From the NCBI GenBank assembly GCA_000092065.1, contig CP000597.1: a stretch of 64,000 nt of DNA. One strand, 5' to 3'. Both the position numbers and the translations under genes were made by a program. Shown one piece after another: positions 19,201 to 26,237 of the stretch. The stretch is from Ostreococcus lucimarinus (taxonomy: Eukaryota). Position 1 is the first letter of the stretch, and every line of letters begins with the position of its first letter. The notes under the pieces are model-generated. The model searched no databases. It was not told where the DNA came from and saw only the letters and a list, made by a program, of their open reading frames with translations.

Positions 19201-19374
19201 CACAAGATCGGCGCCTCCGTCGCCGTGAGTCCGCTCAGCGAGATCAACACCGCCATCACGGCTTTGCGCACGGGCGAATCCCACTTCCGACACGTCCTCG
19301 TCAACGACGTCTCGAGCGGTAGTCAACACCGTCGCATGGCCAGCGCCTTCGGCAGCGGCTTCCCTTCCCGTTAA
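13276..19374 (+). CDS. Multidomain megaenzyme (2032 aa): rhodanese, rhodanese, sulfotransferase-like, AMP-dependent adenylation, phosphopantetheine carrier, NAD(P)-dependent thioester reductase, and a Zn-dependent MDR alcohol dehydrogenase.
   Basis: Rhodanese 1 (~13276-13680): IIIVDASW...ERIPNATFYD. Rhodanese 2 (~13780-14150): VLDCRQSEVF...GHIPGAKNLP. Sulfotransferase-like (~14210-15300): IVWAVTRSRGT. A-domain core motifs: LTSGTTGVSK (~15927-15950), YSTNETGD, YPTGDL, KIRGFKV. Carrier: FFDYGGSL (~17020-17040). Reductase: LLTGATGFLGAYL (~17263-17300). ADH: CGLCGSD, GHEVVG (~18478-18500), GLGGLGHMAIKFAKALG. One uninterrupted ORF with an ATG at 13276. Confidence 0.85.
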   Translation: MEYVDASTLRKLSTSGDIIIVDASWAIANDVERARAAHESERIPNATFYDHDEVCDLSSPLPQAFPPREAFARGVGGGLGATKTRDVAIYAKNGASCAAEACAFAFLEYGHRGRVMVLKGGMEAWKAEGYETEVGAETMRERATVEYDEDGSNGTREGKKSGFVDAKDLLTNLSTQRLQVLDCRQSEVFAGGARDAAYVRIQDRAIQFEGFREGHIPGAKNLPYTRLFDVADENLREIFEGAGLDLSMPVAVVGSGGVDAAPMVASALTRAGCADAVVLKNGMCAWCTAQGSSYPMSIASTSPHASHNEKRLIVWAVTRSRGTALERSFSMHSEAMVMHELLTEPCLKENNPENYAKIVSGQSEHHVASSGCSYATMLEVMTADYSAQGRPFFFSKELSCYFDLKQMKSSWLKRFTHVVLIRQPTETIESFYRVSIEHKEGSCYYDPSEAGFAEAFGIVNALKRINAKVMVVDADADLLSRPEETLQEMCSLANVNFESSMLSWKPAELSTWIKFRGWHDDAARSSEFKAVDKAPMQNVPPELCVDAAKQQPYYDAIGWERKETSKRWPFLRQLTNPTHRFSVVVCASDEGAMDMFPRLAAARLSGVNLYEFKPSEVDQAMNKCPYIFDDPIVLVGAHGPTLHMAEALRERAQKDGTLCIVRIVLVDASAHRVRPEGFEHSWVPEDSLKDQTSMDEVLQSILVDIETAQSKSAKEMADVNALASTTTSAATHWRSGLATALQDARSDKPCVTDATSTYTMKEVYSRAYHVADMLTERGALNSRVGLFVQASAASVWCAMGSLLCESVFCEIPAWYRDTDLERVLRLNESKVIITSRDLVQFVPTAYRDLVVVVEDMEYDVDLSGELHPALTRPDTPDAPGFSVLTSGTTGVSKILCCPQSALTDSQSVIGPHMRGDDVMGSFWVYYYFFIPLLAGRTLSVIPNDFFLKPRELISYVRSQKMTMLYLSPSILESCLLHCTPQEFSEGMQDVHTILLTGERVRRETRMLLAERLTRTRLIDVYSTNETGDLAISDYGGAFFLREGTQARVLTDDGKPAVRGTVGQLHVKKSGLLVGFYTDNGYAKIESEWYPTGDLVRWLGRNRLTFESRQKSAYVKIRGFKVSPVMVQDVMLKMPVIKQAIVSTIGQSDIDQQLVAAISFNNGARAKESELRAHMAAHVPHYMIPSTFYDLGNKVSTATSGKVVKLDVDRLDKITDSNEVQLTTKQNEVVEVWRQVLDQPEKNFAATESFFDYGGSLKFVELAAALSKKWGVSLTVPEVIAKPTLAEMALLMEDYKNAKFEPEVEVAKYDFSEFKRAPKKNTAAGKKNILLTGATGFLGAYLLQELAASDEIDQIYAIVRAKDKFAAQNRVLDVFRKRGLTFTDQITQKTTFMCGDMSMPLYDIPEATLAPVLEVIDVVISGGAEVNMVKSYSALEKVNVGGTFNGLEIASRAGARHVLISTQYPLPGEVSTGYRRSKEVAEMLCERAQKEVGVESAVLLFGDIGISRAVGSLAPDDDYIVIFLRACLATGFFPRTEWAVSILCVDDCVKMLTSISLSGQVDRYAFDGVAREVKGKLMPFSQLYEWLSKEYALQLCSYDGWLNAVKAGAAEGNTILQRALLTIDSMEVELRAEGEHFNSQAASDALFSVDEAWGKNLVGALILELYSELQNDDKDTTIGFAALAQGEDLVPFKYRLPDMTPTSVEVKVEYCGLCGSDDHLIVGDYGEYAVWPQVCGHEVVGTVTQVGTAVTTLKAGQRVGVGWQSSSCHDCEWCARGDEQLCSSVGCTCCEGNKGGFADRMRLNDSQFCYKIPDALSSAEVAPLLCGGQTVWTPLNEQTKSSDRVGILGLGGLGHMAIKFAKALGREVTAISSSASKRADALSHGASRFLVHTNQEEMDAAASSLDFILVTIATNKEVDFAKFFPLLRPRGTICFVGMCPPIQADVFTLGFTMNNITTSNTGGKKDMVQMLEFCARHKIGASVAVSPLSEINTAITALRTGESHFRHVLVNDVSSGSQHRRMASAFGSGFPSR

Positions 19375-19527
19375 ATCGCGTCATCATCGCACACGTTATT
19401 AATCCACACCTATCGCAGCCCATCGCCGCCGCCCTCCGTCGCGAACGCGTCCCGCTGGAAAATCTCCGGCTGCACTCCACAACCGATCGCGCACCTCACA
19501 TCGCGCCTCGCGCGCGCGTTCGCCGCG

Positions 19528-21192
19528 ATGGCGCCCGAGGACGCGCACGCAAACGACCATTCCGCCGCACGTTCGCAATCTGCCGAACGCGCCCGCGCGC
19601 CCGCGAACGCCGCACCCAAACGCACGAAAAGCAACAAAGGACTGAAGCTGATCAACAAACTCGCGCGAGACGCCGTGGACGACGCCGCCGGTGCGCTCAC
19701 GCGCGGGTTCAGCTTCACCAAACAACGGATTACTAAGCAAATGAAGCGCCTGAACGTCGGACGGGCGAGTCGGCGCACGAAACAAATGCGAAGACTGTGG
19801 ACAAAGGTGCACCGCGGCAACCGGTTGGGGACGGCGGACGGCGACGTGCTGACGAATCATCTCGGATTGTGCCTCCAGTTGGCGTTCACGGCGCAAAGTA
19901 GGGGTGCAAGTGGTGACGCTAGCGGTGGTGGTGAGGCGGCGGAGGAAACGGTGAAGCGGGAAGTGTATGCGGTGAAGAAGATGGAGATGGCGAACGGGGA
20001 GCTGCTGCCGAATTTCTCGTACACGGTGGAGGCGCCGAAGAAGTTCGAGGAGTTGAGGTTGTTGTGGGGAATGGATGCGCACTCGTACAGGAGTGCGTTC
20101 GCGATTCCGGATGTAAGGACGGTTTGTGATGACGTACAGACTCAGAACGGCGAGATCCGCGGGAACATGCGCACGGAAACTGGGAAGTTGGAGGCGACGT
20201 CGACGTCGTTGCGGGTGATTTCGCAGGCGCTCGCGAGCGGCAAGTCGAGGAGTTGGTTCTTTTGTAGCGAAGACGGCACACTGCTGGTGAAGACGTGCAA
20301 CGTAGCGGAAAAACGGACGCTACTGAAAATGTTGCCTGAATACACTGAGTACGTGAGAGAAAACAGCACGGTGAGCATGCTGCCGCAATTTTATGGATTG
20401 TACACGATTAAATTCAACGGCACGCGGCCGTTGTCCTTCATCGTAATGAATTATTGGTTCGCGTCGACGAAAATCATTCAGAAGAGGTTTGATCTCAAAG
20501 GTAGCACGTTCGGTCGGCGCGCAAGCGCGCGCGAGCTCGCCAAGGGCTCGGTGTGTATTTATAAAGACAACGATTTTCGCGAGGAGGACGCCGTGCACAC
20601 GCGACATTCGCAAAATATTTGCGACGTATTGAAGAAGGACAGCGAGTTTCTTGCCAAGAGAAATCTCATAGACTATTCACTAGTATTCGGCGAGTACCAA
20701 GCGGTGACGCCAACAGATATTTTCGAGGCTAACAAGGCGTTTGAAGAGTTTGAGACGGATCATGCGGATTGGAAGGACCAGCGCGCCGCCGCCGTCGCCG
20801 TCGCCGAATCCGACGAAGGCAAGAGCGACACGAATAGCTTGGCGGACAGCGATGCCGTATCCGAAAAAAGCGAAGAGTTCTTGATGTTGGAAAAAGCCTC
20901 GATGTTCACTCCATTCTTGCACGACGTCGCGCGCTTGAACCAGTTGCGCATGGTGAACAAACCCAAGGGCGCGGTGTTTTGCGGCATCATCGACATCTTG
21001 ACTGAGTGGGGACCGAGGAAGAAGTTGGAGCGATTTTTCACCAGCCAAATTTGCTGCGGTCGGGACGTTTCGTGTCAACGACCCGATGTCTACGCGAAGC
21101 GATTCAGCGCTTTCATGAATCAGAATGTCTTCCTCCCCGCGATTGAGCGCGCAACTGCAGACGACGTCGGGTTCACGCTCGCGGAGCGCTGA
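19528..21192 (+). CDS. Phosphatidylinositol phosphate kinase (PIPK-domain) protein.
   Basis: PIPK catalytic-core signatures: GKSRSWFFCSEDGTLLVKT, MLPEYTEYV, FIVMNYWF, RFDLKGSTFGR, LIDYSLVFG, and the C-terminal GIIDILTEW...KKLE motif. ATG at 19528. Confidence 0.75.
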   Translation: MAPEDAHANDHSAARSQSAERARAPANAAPKRTKSNKGLKLINKLARDAVDDAAGALTRGFSFTKQRITKQMKRLNVGRASRRTKQMRRLWTKVHRGNRLGTADGDVLTNHLGLCLQLAFTAQSRGASGDASGGGEAAEETVKREVYAVKKMEMANGELLPNFSYTVEAPKKFEELRLLWGMDAHSYRSAFAIPDVRTVCDDVQTQNGEIRGNMRTETGKLEATSTSLRVISQALASGKSRSWFFCSEDGTLLVKTCNVAEKRTLLKMLPEYTEYVRENSTVSMLPQFYGLYTIKFNGTRPLSFIVMNYWFASTKIIQKRFDLKGSTFGRRASARELAKGSVCIYKDNDFREEDAVHTRHSQNICDVLKKDSEFLAKRNLIDYSLVFGEYQAVTPTDIFEANKAFEEFETDHADWKDQRAAAVAVAESDEGKSDTNSLADSDAVSEKSEEFLMLEKASMFTPFLHDVARLNQLRMVNKPKGAVFCGIIDILTEWGPRKKLERFFTSQICCGRDVSCQRPDVYAKRFSAFMNQNVFLPAIERATADDVGFTLAER

Positions 21193-21266
21193 GAGTAACG
21201 CCATGTTTCGGAAAATCGAACTCGGCATCGTGTGACGACCATACCGCACAACGCCGACCACCCAAA

Positions 21267-21725
21267 ATGCCGAAAGACAATCGCGGCCTAAGCGGCGTTC
21301 GCGCCACGGCCGTCTTCCTACTGCTCCGCGCGTGGTACTGCGAAGCCGCGCGTCCGCTGCGTCCGTACGAAGCGCCGCTGGTCGCGCCTTTCGTCGCGCC
21401 GGAGGCGTTGATCAAATGGCAACCCGCGGAGTGGTCCATCGCGCTCGCCCCGTCGTCCGAAGATCCATACGTTCCATCGACGAACGCCGACGACGCCATC
21501 GTCGCCGAATCACTCGATCTCACCGACGAATCGCTCGATCTCACCGACGTTTCGCGCGTCTCCCACGGCCACGCGGCGCGTCTCTGGCGCGCGTTCGCGA
21601 ATCGCGCCCGCGACGTCTCCATCGAACCCATCGCCGCCGCGGTCGCCATCAAGCGCGAGGGTTGGACCGGCGGCTCGATACAATCTTCCGCTTCGTTCGC
21701 CGTCGTCGACGACGCGCGCGATTGA
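21267..21725 (+). CDS. Hypothetical small protein of very low confidence. It contains a 21-bp tandem duplication encoding SLDLTDE x2.
   Basis: ATG-initiated ORF with GC3-rich codons and a hydrophobic N-terminus. No homology recognised. Arg-rich ORFs on other frames overlap here, so it may be non-coding. Confidence 0.2.
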   Translation: MPKDNRGLSGVRATAVFLLLRAWYCEAARPLRPYEAPLVAPFVAPEALIKWQPAEWSIALAPSSEDPYVPSTNADDAIVAESLDLTDESLDLTDVSRVSHGHAARLWRAFANRARDVSIEPIAAAVAIKREGWTGGSIQSSASFAVVDDARD

Positions 21726-21856
21726 GCGCGTCGTCTCTTAATACCTCTCCGGCGACGCTTCGTCTTTTAATACCTCAGAAGTGCTTCGTCGCGAACCGTC
21801 ACCGACACTCATCGACGCTTCGTCGCGACGCCGGCGCCGTCTTCGTCGCGATCGGC

Positions 21857-22498
21857 ATGCGGCGTCGCGACAGAGACGTCCCGCGCGACGAGAATCCGCG
21901 GCGCGTCATCGACGCGCACTTCGGACGACGCGACGACGACGACGCGCCGCCGCTCCTGGACTCGAGCGAACAGCGCGACGCGCTCCGCGCCTTCGACGAC
22001 GCGATCGCGACGCATCGACGGCGCGCGAGCGCGCTGCTGGGCGCGAGCGGACTCGCGATCGGCGTGGGATGGTTTTGGGGACGGTGCGCGCTCGGCGCGC
22101 TCGGCGGCGGCGACGTGTGGGCGCGGTGCCCGGCGCACCGAAGCGTGTACGGCGAACGCGCGTCGGCCGAGGCGCTGGTGCTCGCGTGCGACGCGCTCGC
22201 GGGCGGGACGTTCGCGCTGTCCGGGGCGGGATGTTGGCGGTTGCGCGTCGGCGACGACGCCGGCGACGCGGCGGCGAGACGCGCGGGACGCGCGGCGACG
22301 CGTTTGGGCGCCGTCGCGGGGGGGCTGTGGGTCGTCGCGGCGATCGCGGCGTCGTCGTCGAGCGGCGCGACGACGTTGCAGGCGGCGGTACCGGTGGTGT
22401 ACGCGTGGCTGTGCGCGTCGGTGGCGTCGGCGACGGCGGAGCAGACGCGAACGATTCGGCGACTGCGAGCTTCGACGTACGCGCACAAAAAGGTGTGA
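21857..22498 (+). CDS. Hypothetical membrane-like protein (Ala/Gly-rich hydrophobic segments). Very low confidence.
   Basis: ATG at 21857 within the longer 21332..22498 frame. The upstream part of that frame is an Arg-rich artefact. No homology recognised. It could be a downstream exon of the 21267 ORF or could be spurious. Confidence 0.2.
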   Translation: MRRRDRDVPRDENPRRVIDAHFGRRDDDDAPPLLDSSEQRDALRAFDDAIATHRRRASALLGASGLAIGVGWFWGRCALGALGGGDVWARCPAHRSVYGERASAEALVLACDALAGGTFALSGAGCWRLRVGDDAGDAAARRAGRAATRLGAVAGGLWVVAAIAASSSSGATTLQAAVPVVYAWLCASVASATAEQTRTIRRLRASTYAHKKV

Positions 22499-22575
22499 GC
22501 CGGCGGAGCGTGCGCGCGTAGAATGATAGAACGTAGATTGTAGAACGATTGACTAAGTGGTGAGCGTTATCGCGT

Positions 22576-23649
22576 TCACGCGAACCCGCCGCCGGGGTTG
22601 GAGAGCAAGCGTTCGACGGCGGCGTGGACGTTGCCGCCCGTCGCCTGCAAGGCGCGAATGTTTTCCTCTTGCGAGAAAAATCCCATGTCGTTCAATTGCG
22701 AGAGTTGCGAAGCGTACACTTCTTCGGGTGGACCCGCCGGTGCGACGGGAGGCGCGAACATCGATCCCCCGAGACCGCCGCCCAATCCACCGCCCGGCAT
22801 CGCGTCGCCGAACAACTGTTGCATTTGCGCCATCGCGCGCAAATTTTCAGGATTCATCATTTGGCGAAGAAATTCCGGATTGGAGAGCGTCTCGCGCATT
22901 TGCGGGTTCGCCTCCATCATTTGACGCGCCTGGGGGTGCATGTTCAGCATGGACTCTAGCATTTGCGGGTTCGACATCACGCTATCCATCGCCGCGCGCA
23001 TTTGCGGATTTTGCATCATCTCCGCCATTTGCTCAATCTGCGAAGCCCCAGCGCCGCCGCCGATACCGCCCATGGAAAATCCCCCGCCCGCGGGCGGCAT
23101 CGCGGCGCCGCCGCCGCCCGCGCCGCCGCCCGCGCCGCCCCACGGGTTCGGCAAAGGCTCATCGGGATTCACCGTCCTCGTCGCCGTCGGCGCCGCGGCG
23201 TCCATATCGCGTTCCGCCGCGCGTTCCATCGGCGCTTGCACATCCGTGTACATCCTTCGCAGCGCGTTAAATCCACCCGGCATCATTTCAATGTTCGACA
23301 TCGCGCGATCGTTATTCCGCATCTGTTCCGCCATCAAAGACGGATTCGTCATCGTATTCATCATCCGCCTCAACGTCTCCGGATCCGTCAACGCGCTCGC
23401 GAGTTCCGGATTCGCCGCCATCGCCTCCCGCATCCCGGGCTGACTCTCCATCATCTCCCTCAACGTCTCCGGCCGCTCGCTCAACAGCGCCTCCATCTGC
23501 GACCGCACGAATGGATTATTCATCAAATCGAGCGCCCCCGAACCGCCGAGCGCCGCGCCGCCGCCGCCGAATCCCCCGAACGGCGCGTCGCTCGCCGTCG
23601 CCGTCCCTCGACCGCCGATCGCCGTCGCCGCCGTCGCCGCCGCGGTCGC

Positions 23650-23700
<51 letters not shown>

Positions 23701-23946
23701 CGTCACGACGTGCACCACGCTCTCGTTCGCGCATCCGCACGCCGCCAGCGTCGCCTCGTCCCTGAGCACGCGCCCCTTAAAGATCAACCGCACGTTCGCG
23801 CTCGCGTCGATCGTCGCGTCGCTCTCGGCGAGTCGCGCGGCGACGCGCGCGCGCGCGTCGCGCACGGTGAGCGTCGTCGCGTCGACGTCCTCGAGCGTGA
23901 TTTTCGCGCCGTTCGCGCGCTTGAAGTGGAGCGCGATCGTCGACAT
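22576..23946 (-). CDS. Ubiquilin / DSK2-like shuttle factor (UBL, STI1 repeats, UBA).
   Basis: N-terminal ubiquitin-like fold: IALHFKRANGAKITLEDVDATTLTVRDARARVAARL...VRLIFKGRVLRDEATL. Repeated STI1-type motifs: NPELASALTDPETLRRMM, NPQMRETLSNPEFLRQMMNPENLRAMAQMQ. C-terminal UBA: EEVYASQLSQLNDMGFFSQEENIRALQATGGNVHAAVERLLS. ATG at 23944-23946. The internal (ACG)11 microsatellite at ~23666-23698 encodes poly-Thr. Confidence 0.85.
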
Positions 23947-24275
23947 GAGGCGCGGTCGAGCGCGTCGCGGTCGCGTCGACGCGTGCGCGCGTCGCGGTGC
24001 GCGGCGACGGCGACGCGCGCGCGCGCGACGCGACGGGGCGATGCGCGGGGTCCTACAGGCAAACAGTGAGAATGCAAATACGAGTCCAGTGGGCTTCGTA
24101 GAGTAATGATGGTGCGAACTCGAGATATAGATACACGGTGTTTGACTTTGATGGTATACGTGTCGAATGTCCGGTAACGTGTGTTTATGTTATCGCGCGC
24201 GCGCGCGACGACGCGCGCCGTCGGCGCGGTAAATCGCGACGCTCGGCGCGCGACGACGGACGACGGACGACGGCG

Positions 24276-25433
24276 ATGTCGATCACCGCGCTCACGAACA
24301 CGGTACGCATCGATTCGCGCGACGCGGCGAGCGAACGGCGCGCGCGTCGCGACGCGCGGACGCGACGCCGCGCGACGTCGCGCGTTACCCTAGGGCTTCG
24401 CGACGACGCGATGACGACGGCGCGCGGCGCGGACGCGGCGCGCGGAAGGGCGGCGCGGGACGCGCGCGCGGCGGGAAAAATTATTGCGGACGCGGCGACG
24501 GGCGATGGGCGACGGCGACGGCGAATCGAGGACGCGCGAGAGGCTGGAACGCACGACTGACGACTGAGGGTACGGCGACGCGACGCAGGTGTCCGCGCTC
24601 TCGTTGAGCTCGCGTGGGAACGCTCGCGGGACGTTCCGGGTGCGCGCGGTGCGACCGACGAAGAGTTTCTCTTCGGCGGTCGTCGCGTCGGATGATGAAC
24701 GATTGCGATTGCACAACTTGAGCCCGCTCAAGGGGTCGCGTCGCGAGAAGAAGCGCATCGGTCGCGGTTACGGCGCGGGTCAAGGTGGCTCTTGCGGCGA
24801 CGGGTAAGTGGTTTTTTTGTTTTTGTGCGCGCGCTGAATCGCGCGCGCGACCTCGTTCGGACATCGCGAGACAACAGTGGATTGTTTTTGCGTGCGCGAC
24901 CTGTCGGGCAAACGCGGAACATCGCGGGACAACTGTGGTTTTTTTGTGCGCGCGACCTCGTCCTGACATCGCGAGACTGACGTACGCCCAAAATCCGGGA
25001 ACTTAGCATGCGCGGTCAACGCGCAAGGAGCGGCCCTGGCGTGCGCCCCGGCTTTGAGGGCGGGCAAACACCCATGTACCGCCGCTTCCCCAAACTCAAG
25101 GGCATCGCCGGCGGCATGGGCGCCGGCAAACCGAAGTTTGTCACTGTGAACGTCGGCGACCTCGAGGCGGCCGTCCAAGCGAAGAAACTCGACGCGAGCG
25201 CCGAGATCACGATCGAAGCGCTCAAGAGCGCCGGCGTGATCAAAGCGACTGGCTACTACAGAAACTTGCCGTTGAAGGTTTTGGGTGAGGGCGAGGTGTC
25301 GGGCTTGAAGGTGAAGGCGGCCTCCTTTTCTCAAAGCGCCTCGGAGAAGCTCACCGCGGCTGGCGGTGCGGCGGAAGTTTTGCCGGCGAAGGAAAAGTGG
25401 AGTCGTCAGGCTGCCGCCGCGGCCAAGGCGTAA
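24276..25433 (+). CDS. Nuclear gene for organellar (bacterial-type) ribosomal protein uL15 with an N-terminal transit peptide. Three exons: 24276..24302, 24589..24803, 25007..25433.
   Basis: Exon 2 plus exon 3 encode [17 protein letters not shown]|[32 protein letters not shown], which aligns with the bacterial L15 core GRGxGSGxGKTxGRGHKGQKSRSG..VRxGFEGGQxPLxRRLPK. Intron 2 (24804..25006) has a GTAAGT donor and TAG|C acceptor and joins in frame. Exon 2 has no in-frame ATG. The 27-nt exon 1 (ATG 24276, MSITALTNT) ends at a GTACGC donor (24303) and joins the CAG|G acceptor at 24587-24588, giving a Ser/Thr/Arg-rich transit peptide. Confidence 0.8.
24804..25006 (+). other. 203-bp intron (GTAAGT...TAG) of the uL15 gene, composed largely of about three imperfect ~55-bp tandem repeats. 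It is introner-like.
   Basis: Repeat units of the form gcgcgacctcgt..gacatcgcgagac..tg(tgg)tttttttgtgc recur three times inside the intron, and T-rich tracts sit next to the donor. Confidence 0.7.
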
Positions 25434-25537
25434 ACGTCTTCGTACGTTTCGTCGAGGTCGAACAATCATTCATCCTGTAGAACTGAGTCGGGCTTAACCC
25501 GCGCGCATTCAATTACAACAACCTAAAAATATCTCAA

Positions 25538-26068
25538 CTACCGACCGTCCAAAACGCTCGCGTCCACGCCGTCGAGGTTCATCTTATTGCGCACCGCCTG
25601 CGCGGGCACGCCCATCTTCAGCATCTTGAAGTAAATGGAGTACTTCGGATCGCTCGCGCGCGCGTTCGTCTCCGGCGTCGCCGCCGTCGCCGCCTCCGCC
25701 GTCGCCGCCTCCGCCGTCGCCGTCGCCGCCGTCGCCGCCGCCGCCGTCGCCGTCGCCGCCTCCGCCGTCGCCGCGTCCGCCGCGTCCGCCGCGTCCGCGC
25801 CCCGACCGTCGTCCTCGCGCGTCGCCGCCTCCGCCGTCGTCGTCGTCGTCGTCGCCGTCCCCGCCTCGAGCGCGCGCTCCAACAGCGCCGTCCTCGCCTC
25901 CGCCTCTCGCAGCGCGCGCGCCGCCGCGCCCAGCTTCGCCTCCGCGCTCGCGCACAGCGCGTCGAGCGTCGTCGCCGTCCGCGCCGCCCGCGCGTTCAGC
26001 GCGCTCGCCATCGCCTGGTCGTTCGCCGCGGGCAAGCGCGCGCGAAGTCTCGCCAGCGCGTCGCCCAT
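25538..26068 (-). CDS. Small coiled-coil protein with a conserved C-terminal KYSIYFKMLKMGVPAQAVRNKMNLDGVD motif. Possibly WASH-complex subunit 3 (CCDC53)-like.
   Basis: The architecture is N-terminal coiled coil, Thr/Ala-rich low-complexity middle, and a conserved C-terminal motif. I recall that motif (YFKMLKMG.P...V..KM.L.G.D) from CCDC53/WASHC3 orthologues, but only from memory. ATG at 26066-26068. The longer track ORF extends into the bidirectional promoter. Confidence 0.4.
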   Translation of the reverse strand: MGDALARLRARLPAANDQAMASALNARAARTATTLDALCASAEAKLGAAARALREAEARTALLERALEAGTATTTTTTAEAATREDDGRGADAADAADAATAEAATATAAAATAATATAEAATAEAATAATPETNARASDPKYSIYFKMLKMGVPAQAVRNKMNLDGVDASVLDGR

Positions 26069-26131
26069 GCGTCGGTCGTCGCGCGCGCGTCGCGACGTGC
26101 GGACGACGCGCGCGTTCGAATTCAAACGCGC

Positions 26132-26188
26132 GCGGCATCGCTCGACGCGCGCGGCATCGCTCGACGCGCGCGGCATCGCTCGACGCGC
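26132..26188. repeat. 19-bp tandem repeat x3 (gcggcatcgctcgacgcgc) in the divergent promoter between the 25538..26068 (minus) and 26238..26930 (plus) genes.
   Basis: Three perfect copies read directly. They lie 64 bp upstream of the minus-gene ATG and 50 bp upstream of the plus-gene ATG. Confidence 0.85.
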
Positions 26189-26237
26189 CGTCTTCGCGCC
26201 GACGCGCGCGTCGGCGGGCGCCATAATACACGTCGCG

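Noticed and set aside
19399-20082. 227-aa minus ORF antisense to the PIPK gene, and similar antisense ORFs (20680..21261, 12404..13123, 11965..12540) opposite other genes.
   Set aside because: Each overlaps a gene with strong domain evidence on the other strand, and is low-complexity Arg/Ser/Pro-rich.
21332-21856. Upstream 175 codons of the 21332..22498 frame (RRHRRRITRSHRR...).
   Set aside because: It is extremely Arg/His-rich and overlaps the 21267..21725 ORF in another frame. It is treated as non-coding. The segment of the frame after the ATG at 21857 is retained only at very low confidence.
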